The notes under the pieces were generated by a model. It saw nothing but the letters and a program-made list of their open reading frames with translations. It made no database searches and had not been told where the DNA came from. From an uncultured Chloroflexia bacterium (GTDB lineage Bacteria > Chloroflexota > Limnocylindria > Limnocylindrales > CSP1-4), in contig CAWGBA010000002.1 in the NCBI GenBank assembly GCA_963820735.1, positions 283,646 through 347,645 on the forward strand: a stretch of DNA of 64,000 nucleotides, written 5' to 3'. Shown piece after piece: positions 1-8,814 of this stretch (position 1 is its first letter; each line of letters begins with the position of its first letter). The translations under genes and the position numbers were made by a program.

Positions 1-72
1 TGCGGCGACCGCCACCGGTGCCGCGAGGCTGATCAGCAGGGCCGTGACGACCACCAGACCGAATGCGCGCAT
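1..72 (-). CDS. Partial CDS running off the window edge; only the N-terminal signal peptide (MRAFGLVVVTALLISLAAPVAVAA) is present
   Basis: ATG at 70-72 on the minus strand, preceded by the RBS GGAGGTCGATCAG. The 24 residues are hydrophobic and signal-like. Open to window position 1. Confidence 0.3.
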   Translation of the reverse strand, partial: MRAFGLVVVTALLISLAAPVAVAA

Positions 73-205
73 CTGATCGACCTCCAAACGCCCGATCGAT
101 TCCTCGGACGCTCAACCCGAATCCGCGAGAGACCGTGGAAGCGTGGTGCTGCCATACACCCGACGTCAATGACGCATCTTGTCCACGGCGGGTACCTGAC
201 AGCCG

Positions 206-1609
206 ATGACCGCTGCCGCAAGTAGCCTGCAGGCCATGGGTGATCCTGCCGCGCAGATCCAGCCGATCGAGCGTGCCTCTGCCGCCGCCGCACGGCGCTT
301 CCTCGTCCGCCGCCAGCTGCTCGCGCCACCGCGGTCGCTGCCGGCCAGCCTGGACGGCGTCCGGGCCGCCTTCGAACGCCTTGGCTCGGTGCAGTTCGAC
401 CCGCTCGGCGTGGCCGGCCGCAACCACGACCTGGTGCTCCACGCGCGCGTTGCCGGCTACCGGCCGGCCTGGGCGGACACGCTCCTGTACGACACGCGCG
501 AGCTGTACGAGGCCTACAACAAGGGCCTGAGCCTCGTTCCCACGCGCGAGCTGCCGTGGTACCGGGTCAACTGGGAGCGCGCGCTGCTCGACGATCGGAT
601 CGCACAGCAGCACGAACGGCGAGAGACGATCGAGCATGTCCTGACCGAGATTCGCGCACGCGGACCATTGAGCACGTCCGATTTCGAGCGGCACCGGACG
701 GCAAAGCAGGTGGCCTGGTTCTGGGGCCCGACCAACGAGGTGCGGGCGGCGCTCGAGGCACTGTGGGAGGCCGGCGTGCTGGCGCTGCACCATCGCGACG
801 GCAACCGGCGTTTCTACGACCTGGCCGAGCGGATCTATCCGGCGGACCTGCTCCAGAACCGGCCGACCACGTGGGAGCAGCGTCGCCACAAGCTGCTGTC
901 GCGCTTCCGGGCGCACGGCCTGCTGGGGCAGCGTGGCCAGGCGGAGCTGTGGTTGGGCATCGGCCCGGCCAAGGCCAGCCAGACAGACGATCGACCGCCG
1001 CGGGATGCGCTCCGGCAGGACCTTCTCGATCGGGGCGACATCGCCACCGTCGAAGTCGAGGGGTTGCGCGGGCCCCGTTTCGTCATCCGCGAGGACTTTG
1101 AAGCGTTCCGGGATGCCGCCGCGGAGCCGGACGACACGCCGGCCAACCGCAACGGGCCGCCCGGTGTCACCTTCGTGGCACCGCTCGATCCCCTGGCCTG
1201 GGATCGCGAGCTGATGGCCCACCTCTTCGGCTTCGAGTACATCTGGGAGGTCTACGTCCCCGAGGCAAAGCGGCGCTGGGGCTACTACGTGCTGCCGCTG
1301 CTCTTCGACTCGCGCTTGGTCGGACGGATCGAACCGCGCATCGACCGGACCGCGAAGACGGTGCGCATCCTCGGGATGCATTGGGAGACCGGCTTCGATC
1401 CCGCGCGTACCGATGGCTTCGTGGACGCAATGCGATCGGCGCTGCGCGACTACCTGCGCTTCGGTGGCGCGACGCGCGTCGAATGGAGCACGGCACTCGG
1501 GCGCGAGAAGCGGCTCTTCGGGACGCAGCCCGCACGGTCCCTCGGGCGTCAGGTCAGTCGATCGGTCCGTCCAGATAGCGCTGAAACGTTGGCGCCAGCG
1601 CTGGAATGA
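206..1609 (+). CDS. YcaQ-like winged-helix DNA-binding / crosslink-repair DNA glycosylase family protein (DUF1006)
   Basis: 467-aa ORF. Motifs VQFDPL, RNHDLVLHARV, FGFEYIWEVYVPEAKRRWGYYVLPLL are typical of the YcaQ family. The C-terminal ~50 aa overlaps the convergent TetR gene and may be read-through. Confidence 0.7.
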   Translation: MTAAASSLQAMGDPAAQIQPIERASAAAARRFLVRRQLLAPPRSLPASLDGVRAAFERLGSVQFDPLGVAGRNHDLVLHARVAGYRPAWADTLLYDTRELYEAYNKGLSLVPTRELPWYRVNWERALLDDRIAQQHERRETIEHVLTEIRARGPLSTSDFERHRTAKQVAWFWGPTNEVRAALEALWEAGVLALHHRDGNRRFYDLAERIYPADLLQNRPTTWEQRRHKLLSRFRAHGLLGQRGQAELWLGIGPAKASQTDDRPPRDALRQDLLDRGDIATVEVEGLRGPRFVIREDFEAFRDAAAEPDDTPANRNGPPGVTFVAPLDPLAWDRELMAHLFGFEYIWEVYVPEAKRRWGYYVLPLLFDSRLVGRIEPRIDRTAKTVRILGMHWETGFDPARTDGFVDAMRSALRDYLRFGGATRVEWSTALGREKRLFGTQPARSLGRQVSRSVRPDSAETLAPALE

Positions 1610-2141
1610 GGCGCCCGGGTGGCGCCGAGGCGAGCGGCTCGACCGCGATGATGTAGCGGGCAACGGCCAGGCCGACGATCTGCGACGCCAGCAGGGTGAT
1701 GCGCAGCTCCGGATCGGCCAGGTCGAGCCGGGAGACGATCGGACCGAGCATCTGCTCGATGATGATCTCGCGGATCAGGGCTGCCGCACCCGGGTCGCTC
1801 ACAGCCGAACGAAGCACACCCATCAGCGCACGCCGTTGGACGGGGTCCTCCCACAACTCGAAGAACAGCGTGGCGACGCGCGCCCCGGCTTCGCTCGGCG
1901 GTCCGTCCACGAGCAGCGTGGGAATGCGCTGCGGCTCGATCGGGATCCGGACCGCCGCAACGAACAGGCGTTCCTTCGATCCGTAGTAGTGATGCACCAA
2001 CGCCGGGTCCGTGCCGGCATCGGCGGCAATCTGCCGGATCGAGGCGCCGTCGTACCCGCGCTCCGCGAACAGATGGCGCGCAGCGTCGAGGATTCGCTCT
2101 CGACTACCGCTTTGGCCGGGCCGGCGTCCGGTCTTGGCCAT
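1554..2141 (-). CDS. TetR/AcrR family transcriptional regulator
   Basis: N-terminal HTH RERILDAARHLFAERGYDGASIRQIAADAG. 195 aa. Its start overlaps the stop of the upstream ABC ATPase (operon 3' end). Confidence 0.85.
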   Translation of the reverse strand: MAKTGRRPGQSGSRERILDAARHLFAERGYDGASIRQIAADAGTDPALVHHYYGSKERLFVAAVRIPIEPQRIPTLLVDGPPSEAGARVATLFFELWEDPVQRRALMGVLRSAVSDPGAAALIREIIIEQMLGPIVSRLDLADPELRITLLASQIVGLAVARYIIAVEPLASAPPGRLIPALAPTFQRYLDGPID

Positions 2142-3037
2142 CAGGCAGCGTGGGCCGTTCGGACGCTGGCGTCATTCGCCATCAACCGCACGAAGGCCTC
2201 GTCAAGCGTCGCGGGCCGTAGCGACAGGGACGCGGCGACATTCGCCGCCACGAGCACCGCGCGGACGCGCTCGATCGGCGCGTCCACGACGCGAGGCGTC
2301 CGCCCGACCAGGCTCACCAGCAGGCCGGCGTCATCCAGCGCGCTGAATGCCGGTTGCCAGCGATCCGAAGCCGCCTCCACCACCTGCGCGCCACCGATGA
2401 TCTCGGACTGGGTTCCGGTCGCGACGACGCGTCCGGCGGCCATCACGAGCAGCCGGTCGCATTGGTCGGCCTCGGACATGTGGTGAGTCGTGACCAACAC
2501 GCCGAGCCCGCGCTCCGCGGCCCCACGAATCGTGTCCCACAGCCGTGAGCGCTGGAGCGGGTCGACGCCCGACGTCGGCTCGTCAAGGACCAGCAGCTCC
2601 GGGTCGTGCGACAACGCCACCGCGAACGCGAGCCGCCGCCGGATGCCCAATGGGAGGTCACCGACCAGCGTCGCCGCCGACGCACGAAGGTCGTCGGGCA
2701 AGCCGGCCCGCTCGTCCCGGCCGTACGCGCGCTCGACGAATGCGAGGTTCTCGGTTGCCGTGAGATCGTCGTACAGGCCACCGAGCTGGGGCACGTAACC
2801 GATCCGGGAGCGCGTCTCGCGCGTGGGCGCCTCGCCGAAGACGCGGACGGACCCCGTGGTCGGCGGCAGCAAGCCCAGGAGGATGCGGATCAGCGTGGTC
2901 TTGCCAGCGCCGTTCGCGCCGACCAACCCGACCACCTCGTGCCCGTCGACGCGGATGTCCACCGAGTCGACTGCCACGAACGAGCCGAACTGCCGGCTGA
3001 CCTTGGAGCCTTCGAGCTGCGCGACGGTCATCGTCAT
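2141..3037 (-). CDS. ABC transporter ATP-binding protein
   Basis: Walker A GANGAGKTT, signature LSGGQ-like, Walker B LLVLDEPTSGVD. Start taken at MTMTVAQLEG, which overlaps the stop of the upstream ATPase. Confidence 0.85.
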   Translation of the reverse strand: MTMTVAQLEGSKVSRQFGSFVAVDSVDIRVDGHEVVGLVGANGAGKTTLIRILLGLLPPTTGSVRVFGEAPTRETRSRIGYVPQLGGLYDDLTATENLAFVERAYGRDERAGLPDDLRASAATLVGDLPLGIRRRLAFAVALSHDPELLVLDEPTSGVDPLQRSRLWDTIRGAAERGLGVLVTTHHMSEADQCDRLLVMAAGRVVATGTQSEIIGGAQVVEAASDRWQPAFSALDDAGLLVSLVGRTPRVVDAPIERVRAVLVAANVAASLSLRPATLDEAFVRLMANDASVRTAHAA

Positions 3038-3900
3038 CCCGCGCTCCCCACAGGTGCCGAACCGCCGGCCTCGGCTGCCAGCTGGGCCACGATCATCGCC
3101 TCCTCGAGACGCGGCTGGATGCGCGTGACACCGGGCGCGAGCGTGCCGCTGGGCCACCAGCTGCGCCACGCGCGCGCGTGCCGCCACGCCTCGGCGACCG
3201 GTGGCCGGTCCGGAGACTCACCGACCGCGCCCGGGACAGAGGCAATCAGCTCGTCCGGCGTCCCGTCCAACAGCGGCAGGCCGGCGTCCAGGACGAGGAC
3301 TCGTGTCGCGCGCTCCGCCTCGTCCAGGTACGTCGTGCTGATCACCAGGGCGGTGCCGCTGACGGCCAGGCCGCTGAGCAGCCTCCACAGCTCGGCTCGA
3401 CCGACCGGATCGACGCCGGTCGTCGGCTCGTCGAGGACCAGCAGCTTCGGGCGATGCAGCACGGCCATCGCGAGCGCCAGTTTGCGTCGCATGCCGCCCG
3501 ACAGTTGCTCGGCCAGGCGGTCGCGTGCGGACGTGAGCTGCGTTCGGTCGAGCATCGCCTCGATGCGGGGCTCGCGCTCGCTCTCTGGGATCGCGTACGC
3601 GCGGGCGCTGAAGGTCAGGTTCTCCTCGACCGTCAGGTCGCCGTAGCCGCCCGGAGCAGCGCTGACGTAGCCGATCTCGCGCTCGGCTGGACGCTCGACG
3701 CTGCCGCCGGTGAGCGGAAGTGAGCCCGCCAGCGCGCGCAGGAGCGTCGTCTTGCCGGCGCCGTCGCCGCCGACGATCGCCACGATCTCGCTGGGGCGAA
3801 CCTCGAGCGACACCCCGCGCAGCGCCGGGTGATGGCCGAGCGTCACGGTCGCGTCGGTAAGCCCCCAGACCGCATTGCCCGTCGGTTCATGCTCGCTCAT
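3034..3900 (-). CDS. ABC transporter ATP-binding protein
   Basis: Walker A GGDGAGKTT, LSGGMRRKLALA, LLVLDEPTTGVD. 288 aa. 4-bp overlap with the upstream permease. Confidence 0.85.
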   Translation of the reverse strand: MSEHEPTGNAVWGLTDATVTLGHHPALRGVSLEVRPSEIVAIVGGDGAGKTTLLRALAGSLPLTGGSVERPAEREIGYVSAAPGGYGDLTVEENLTFSARAYAIPESEREPRIEAMLDRTQLTSARDRLAEQLSGGMRRKLALAMAVLHRPKLLVLDEPTTGVDPVGRAELWRLLSGLAVSGTALVISTTYLDEAERATRVLVLDAGLPLLDGTPDELIASVPGAVGESPDRPPVAEAWRHARAWRSWWPSGTLAPGVTRIQPRLEEAMIVAQLAAEAGGSAPVGSAG

Positions 3901-4958
3901 GCGCGTGCCGCCGCCGATCGACGGGAGAGCCGCGCCCGGAGGCCGCCTCCGCCGGCGGGCGAGAGGTCACGTTGGAACCGCGACACCGAGAAGCCGAAAA
4001 TCAGTACCGCCATGATGGCGAGCGCCGCGAGCGGCAATGCGACCGCATCGAGCGGAGCGCCGCGGACGATCACACCGCGAGCGATCTCCACGAAGTAGGT
4101 CAGCGGCAGCAGATAGCTGATCCAGCGGATCCCGGCGGGGATCGAGTCGAGCGGAAAGATCATCCCCGACAGCAGGATCTGCGGTAGCAGGGCCATGAAG
4201 GCCAGTTGGATTGCCTGACCCTGGTTCTGCGACACGGTAGAGATCAGGATTCCGAACCCGGTCGTGACGAAGAGGAAGAGCACGGCGCCGAGCAGGAAGA
4301 CCGCCGGCGACCCATTGAACGGCACGCCGAACAGGAGTAGTCCCAGGATCACGATGACGGCGGCGTCGATGAGGGCGACCGTGAAGTACGGCGCGATCTT
4401 GCCGATGAAGACGTCCCGTGCCCGGAGCGGCATGACCGCGAGCATCTCGAGGGTGCCCGCCTGCCGCTCCCGCACCACGCCGAGGCTCGTGGCGATGGTG
4501 CCGACGAAAACGAGGATCATGCCGATGATCGCCGGCACCATGATCACGGACGTCTTGAGCTCGGGGTTGAAGAGGATGGTCGGCGCGGGAAGGTTGGGCA
4601 TCTGCGAGAACGCCGCAACGGCCGCACGTGCCCCGAACAGATCCGCTCCGTCCACATAGATCTCTGGCTGCTGGCCGGTGACGATGGCGACGACCGCATC
4701 TCCGCGCTGCAGCAACTCCTGTGCCTGCTGGTCGCCACCGCTCGGATCGACCACCACGATGTCCGTTTTGCCCGGCGGCAGGAGGCCGACAACCTGCTGC
4801 GCCTGCGGCCCGTAGAGAGCCACGCGGAACGACAGAACGTCGAAACTGGCGGCGTAGCCGAAGACGACCAGCAGCACGACCGGGATCACGATGAGCATCG
4901 CGGCCGTCCGGTGGTCGCGCCGCAGCTGCTCGAACTCCTTGACGATCACCGCCCACAT
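3897..4958 (-). CDS. ABC-2 type transporter permease
   Basis: 353 aa with 6 predicted TM segments. N-terminal MWAVIVKEFEQLRRD is typical of ABC-2 permeases. Confidence 0.8.
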   Translation of the reverse strand: MWAVIVKEFEQLRRDHRTAAMLIVIPVVLLVVFGYAASFDVLSFRVALYGPQAQQVVGLLPPGKTDIVVVDPSGGDQQAQELLQRGDAVVAIVTGQQPEIYVDGADLFGARAAVAAFSQMPNLPAPTILFNPELKTSVIMVPAIIGMILVFVGTIATSLGVVRERQAGTLEMLAVMPLRARDVFIGKIAPYFTVALIDAAVIVILGLLLFGVPFNGSPAVFLLGAVLFLFVTTGFGILISTVSQNQGQAIQLAFMALLPQILLSGMIFPLDSIPAGIRWISYLLPLTYFVEIARGVIVRGAPLDAVALPLAALAIMAVLIFGFSVSRFQRDLSPAGGGGLRARLSRRSAAARA

Positions 4959-5166
4959 CGGCCGCTCTCCCTGTACACCGTTGCGGATCCGATCGCGGAT
5001 CCAGTCGCGCGCTCGTCGCTGGTTCGGTGCGCTGGCCGTTCCACGAAACTCAACGCTCGATGAACTCTACGACCGTTGAATTCTGTGTCAAGGGCGCTGG
5101 GACATCGCGGGGCTATTCCTCCCCGTGATCACTCGTCGGTCGCGCATCGGCGGACCGCAGCGTGGC

Positions 5167-5955
5167 CTACTTGAGCAGCAGGTTGCCCAATCGCCGCGAC
5201 GTGATGGCCAGCCCGATCGCCCCCAGGACCACCAGATAGACGATGTCGACCGCGACCAGCGCCGGATCAATGACGCCCGTTGTGAGGCTGCGAAGCAGGT
5301 GGACGCCACGATAGAGCGGCGAGAACTCGGCCAGCGTGCGCAACGGCTCCGGGTACACCGTGATGGGAAAGAACGTGCCGCTGAACAGGAACAGCGGCAG
5401 CGTGATGACGAAAACGAGGTCGAAGTCCTGCCATTTGCGCACGTAGCTGGTCGCCGCCGTGCCCAGCCCGGCTGCGGCGAAGCCGATGAGCAACGAGGCC
5501 GGAACGGCGAGAATCGCGGTCGGCGACTGGACCAGGTTGAGCAGGACCATCACGACGATGAAGCCCACCGCGTAGATCGCCCCGCGCATCAGCGCCCAGA
5601 CGACCTCTCCGACCGCGACATCCGCCACGCCCAGTGGCGTCGACAGCATTGCGTCGTACGTCTTGGCGTACTTGAGCTTGTAGAACATGTTGAAGGTGGA
5701 GTCGTAGATGGCCCCGTTCATGGCGGAGGTCGCCATCAGCGCCGGAGCAACGAAGACGGAGTACGGGACGCCGTCTACGGTGCCGATCAGTGCTCCCAGT
5801 CCGAAGCCCAGGCCGATCAGATAGAACAGCGGCTCGAAGAACCCTGAGAACAGGATCATCCAGGCCCGCCGGTAGTACAGGACGTTGCGCTCGATGACGC
5901 GCCCGGCATGGCGGCCGCCGTAGGGCATCGGCAGGGTGCGCGTGAGGACGGCCAT
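5167..5955 (-). CDS. ABC-2 type transporter permease (DrrB/NodJ-like)
   Basis: 262-aa polytopic membrane protein. N-terminal RNVLYYRRAWMILFSGFFEPLFYL matches ABC-2 permeases. Confidence 0.8.
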   Translation of the reverse strand: MAVLTRTLPMPYGGRHAGRVIERNVLYYRRAWMILFSGFFEPLFYLIGLGFGLGALIGTVDGVPYSVFVAPALMATSAMNGAIYDSTFNMFYKLKYAKTYDAMLSTPLGVADVAVGEVVWALMRGAIYAVGFIVVMVLLNLVQSPTAILAVPASLLIGFAAAGLGTAATSYVRKWQDFDLVFVITLPLFLFSGTFFPITVYPEPLRTLAEFSPLYRGVHLLRSLTTGVIDPALVAVDIVYLVVLGAIGLAITSRRLGNLLLK

Positions 5956-5958
5956 CAG

Positions 5959-6729
5959 CTACTGCTCCAACCGCCGACGGAACGTGATTGCCGCCGCGGC
6001 GAATCCCGCGCCGATGTACGCCGCGATCACGGCCAGGTTGAACGCCGCGAGCAGCGGGTCGAATGGGCCGATCGCGATCTGACGCGCGAGAGCAACGCCG
6101 TTCCACAGCGGCGTCGCGTACGCGATCGGCTGGAGCAGCGGCGGCAGCTGCGTGATCGGAAAGAAGATGCCGCTGAAGAGGAACAGTGGCACGAGGATGA
6201 AGCGATTGATGACGGCGAAGACGTTGTCCTTGCGCTGTGTCGCGGAGAACGCCTGGAGCGGCATCGCGAATGCGAGCCCAGTGAGCACGCCGATCGGGAC
6301 GATCGCGATCGCGTGCAGCGCGTCTGCGGCACCGAACGGCACCATCACGATGGCGAAGGCACCGCCAACGACGGCAAGCCGGACGATCAACCAGAGCACC
6401 TGCCCGATGACGATGTCGACCGAGCGGACCGGCGTGGCGATGGCCGCATGGAAGGTGCGTTGCCACATCAGCGCGGACATGATCGGATACATCGATTCCC
6501 CTGCCGCCGTCTGCATCGCGGCGGATACCAGGAGACCCGGCGCGAGGAACACCAGGTAGCTGACGCCACCGAATGCCGATGAGGCACTCTGGTTCACGAA
6601 CTGACCGAGACCCACGCCCATGGCCAGCAGGAACAGCACCGGCGAGAGGAAGGTGGTGAAGATGCTGCCCCGCCAGGTCCGGCGGTACACCAGCAGGCTG
6701 TGCTCAAGAACGTGGACGGCAGACGTCAT
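5959..6729 (-). CDS. ABC-2 type transporter permease
   Basis: Start taken at MTSAVHVLEHSLLVYRRTWRGSIF within the longer ORF 5959..7056. Polytopic. Immediately downstream of the ATPase. Confidence 0.75.
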   Translation of the reverse strand: MTSAVHVLEHSLLVYRRTWRGSIFTTFLSPVLFLLAMGVGLGQFVNQSASSAFGGVSYLVFLAPGLLVSAAMQTAAGESMYPIMSALMWQRTFHAAIATPVRSVDIVIGQVLWLIVRLAVVGGAFAIVMVPFGAADALHAIAIVPIGVLTGLAFAMPLQAFSATQRKDNVFAVINRFILVPLFLFSGIFFPITQLPPLLQPIAYATPLWNGVALARQIAIGPFDPLLAAFNLAVIAAYIGAGFAAAAITFRRRLEQ

Positions 6730-6734
6730 TGGCG

Positions 6735-7673
6735 CTATTCGATCAGGGTGCGGCCGGTAAGCCGGAGAAAGACGTCCTCGAGGGTGCTGCGCCGGACAAG
6801 GACGCTCTCGGGCCGGAGGCCCCGCTCGTGGACCGCCGACGCCGCGGCGTCGCCGTCGTCCGTGTAGAGGAGCAGGCGGTCGGGCAGCTTTTCGATCCGA
6901 TCGGCCAGACCGTCGAGCGTTCCATCGAGGGAGTCCTGGACGCCCGGCTCGAAGCGCAGCTCGAGCACCTCCCGCGTGACGTACTGCGTGACGAGGTCGC
7001 GCGGCGAGCCCTCCGCGACGATCTTTGCCTTGTCCATGACGACCAACCGGTCGCACAGCTGCTCCGCCTCGTCCATGAAGTGCGTGGTGAGGATCAGTGT
7101 CACGCCCTGACGCTTCAACCGGTAAAGCCGGTCCCAGAGTAGGTGCCGAGCCTGCGGATCGAGCCCCGTAGTCGGCTCGTCGAGCAGCAGCAGGTCGGGA
7201 TCGTTGATCAGGCCGCGCGCGATCGTCAGCCGCCGCTTCATGCCGCCGGACAACGGCTCGACTTCCGCTTTGGCGCGGTCGGCAAGCTGGACGAATTCGA
7301 GCTGCTCGGCGGCACGTTTGCGCCCCTCCGCGTATGACAGCCCGAAATACCGCGCATAGATGATCAGGTTCTCCTCGACGGTCAGCTCCACGTCCAGGGA
7401 GTCCTGCTGCGGCACGACCCCGAGGCGCCTGCGGATCTGCGGACCCTGTGTGGTGGGGTCCATTCCGAGGACGCGCAAGGTGCCGCCACTGATCGGCGAG
7501 ACGCAGCCGATCATGCGCATCGTGCTGGTCTTGCCCGCGCCATTTGGCCCGAGGAAGCCGAACGATTCGCCCTTCGCCACGTCGAAGTCGATCGCATCGA
7601 CCGCGGTGAAGTCGCCGAACTTCTTGGTCAGGCCGCGGGCATGGATGAGCGCGGCGTCGTCAACGTTGGGCAT
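6735..7673 (-). CDS. ABC transporter ATP-binding protein (DrrA-like exporter ATPase)
   Basis: Walker A GPNGAGKTST, LSGGMKRRLTIA, LLLLDEPTTGLD. 312 aa. Confidence 0.85.
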   Translation of the reverse strand: MPNVDDAALIHARGLTKKFGDFTAVDAIDFDVAKGESFGFLGPNGAGKTSTMRMIGCVSPISGGTLRVLGMDPTTQGPQIRRRLGVVPQQDSLDVELTVEENLIIYARYFGLSYAEGRKRAAEQLEFVQLADRAKAEVEPLSGGMKRRLTIARGLINDPDLLLLDEPTTGLDPQARHLLWDRLYRLKRQGVTLILTTHFMDEAEQLCDRLVVMDKAKIVAEGSPRDLVTQYVTREVLELRFEPGVQDSLDGTLDGLADRIEKLPDRLLLYTDDGDAAASAVHERGLRPESVLVRRSTLEDVFLRLTGRTLIE

Positions 7674-7697
7674 CGCGTCGATGGTAGCCCGTCGCTT

Positions 7698-7714
7698 CTG
7701 ACAGGAGCTGTCAG
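7698..7714. promoter_or_regulatory. Perfect palindrome CTGACAG-GAG-CTGTCAG about 25 bp upstream of the ABC ATPase start; candidate operator
   Basis: 7-bp inverted repeat with a 3-bp spacer read directly, located in the divergent Rrf2 / ABC promoter region. Confidence 0.4.
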
Positions 7715-7775
7715 GGAACGCCGCAGCTGGTTCACAACCGCGAAAGCCTGGTGCCGGCGGGCGCGTGTTGAAGCG

Positions 7776-7917
7776 GGTCGGGTTCCGGTCACTTGCATCA
7801 AGGACGTGCCGTACACGCCGAAAGTGGTCGGGTTCCCGTCAGGTGCACCAAGGACGTGCGGTACACGCCGAAAGCGGTCGGGTTCCCGTCAGGTGCACCA
7901 AGGACGTGCGGTACACG
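7776..7917. repeat. 2.8 copies of a 50-bp tandem direct repeat (unit GGTCGGGTTCCCGTCAGGTGCACCAAGGACGTGCGGTACACGCCGAAAGC) in the Rrf2 / ABC divergent intergenic region
   Basis: Copies at 7776-7825, 7826-7875 and 7876-7917 (partial). Copies 2 and 3 are identical over 42 bp; copy 1 is diverged. Each unit carries the palindromic 8-mer GGTGCACC. The 50-bp period is not a multiple of 3, so it is not coding. Confidence 0.85.
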
Positions 7918-8158
7918 GGACCGCCTCGATATGGGCACCCTTCGACCGGCTCTCGCCGGGACGCGTCACGCTCGGACGAGCGCCGCACACGGTGACGATC
8001 GACGCGTGATGGACCCGAATCGGGCTGAGATCGTGATGAGATCTCTTCTTGCGCACGTCCTTTGTGCGGGTGCAGGGATGCGCCGCCGTGCGGAACCTGC
8101 AGTCCGCCAGGGGTCGTCGCTCGCAATCCCGACTGGCATCGCGGACAATCACCGCAGC

Positions 8159-8641
8159 ATGCGTGTTTCCGCCAAGGCCGATTACGCCCTCCGTGCCGCC
8201 GCCGAGCTGGCCGCAGCCGACGCCGGGCCGATGAAGGCGGAGCGCATCTCCGACGCGCAGGACATTCCCATCAAGTTCCTGGAGAGCATCCTGCTCGAGC
8301 TGAAGCACGCCGGGATCGTGCGCAGCCAGCGGGGCCCAGACGGCGGCTATGCCCTGGCGCGCCCCGCGAACGAGATCAGCCTCGCGGACGTGATTCGCGC
8401 CGTTGACGGGCCGCTTGCCAACGTGCGCGGCGATCGGCCGGAGAACGCCAGCTACCCGGGACCTGCGGCCAAGCTGACCGACGTGTGGATCGCGGTGCGC
8501 GCCAGCCTTCGGCACGTGCTCGAGCGGACGTCACTTGCGGACCTCAGCAGCGGGCAGCTGCCGGAGGACGTGCAGACGCTTGCCGAAGACCCCAAGGCGT
8601 GGATTTCGCTCGGGCGCATTCGAGGGACGGCCGCCGGCTGA
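8159..8641 (+). CDS. Rrf2 family transcriptional regulator
   Basis: MRVSAKADYALRAAAELA...ISDAQDIPIKFLESILLELKHAGIVRSQRGPDGGYALARPANEISLADVIRAV is canonical Rrf2 wHTH. Start ATG at 8159, inside the longer ORF 7793..8641. Confidence 0.8.
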   Translation: MRVSAKADYALRAAAELAAADAGPMKAERISDAQDIPIKFLESILLELKHAGIVRSQRGPDGGYALARPANEISLADVIRAVDGPLANVRGDRPENASYPGPAAKLTDVWIAVRASLRHVLERTSLADLSSGQLPEDVQTLAEDPKAWISLGRIRGTAAG

Positions 8642-8814
8642 TCAAGGGACGGCCGCCGGCTGATCGAGGGACGGCCGCCTGCTGATTGCGGCTCGCGATC
8701 GACGAGAACCGTTGCAACAAAGAGCCGCGCCCCCGGGCAATGCCCAGGGGCGCAGAGTTTTTCGCTCGATCCGGTCCCGGCAGGAGACTCCCACCGGGAC
8801 CTGGAAAGGGTTCG

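Noticed and set aside
5267-6466. 399-aa Arg-rich ORF overlapping two permease genes
   Set aside because: Alternative-frame artefact. The permease frames carry the real TM-rich sequence.
7776-7917. Possible CRISPR array
   Set aside because: The repeats are directly tandem with no spacers, and there are no cas genes in the window.
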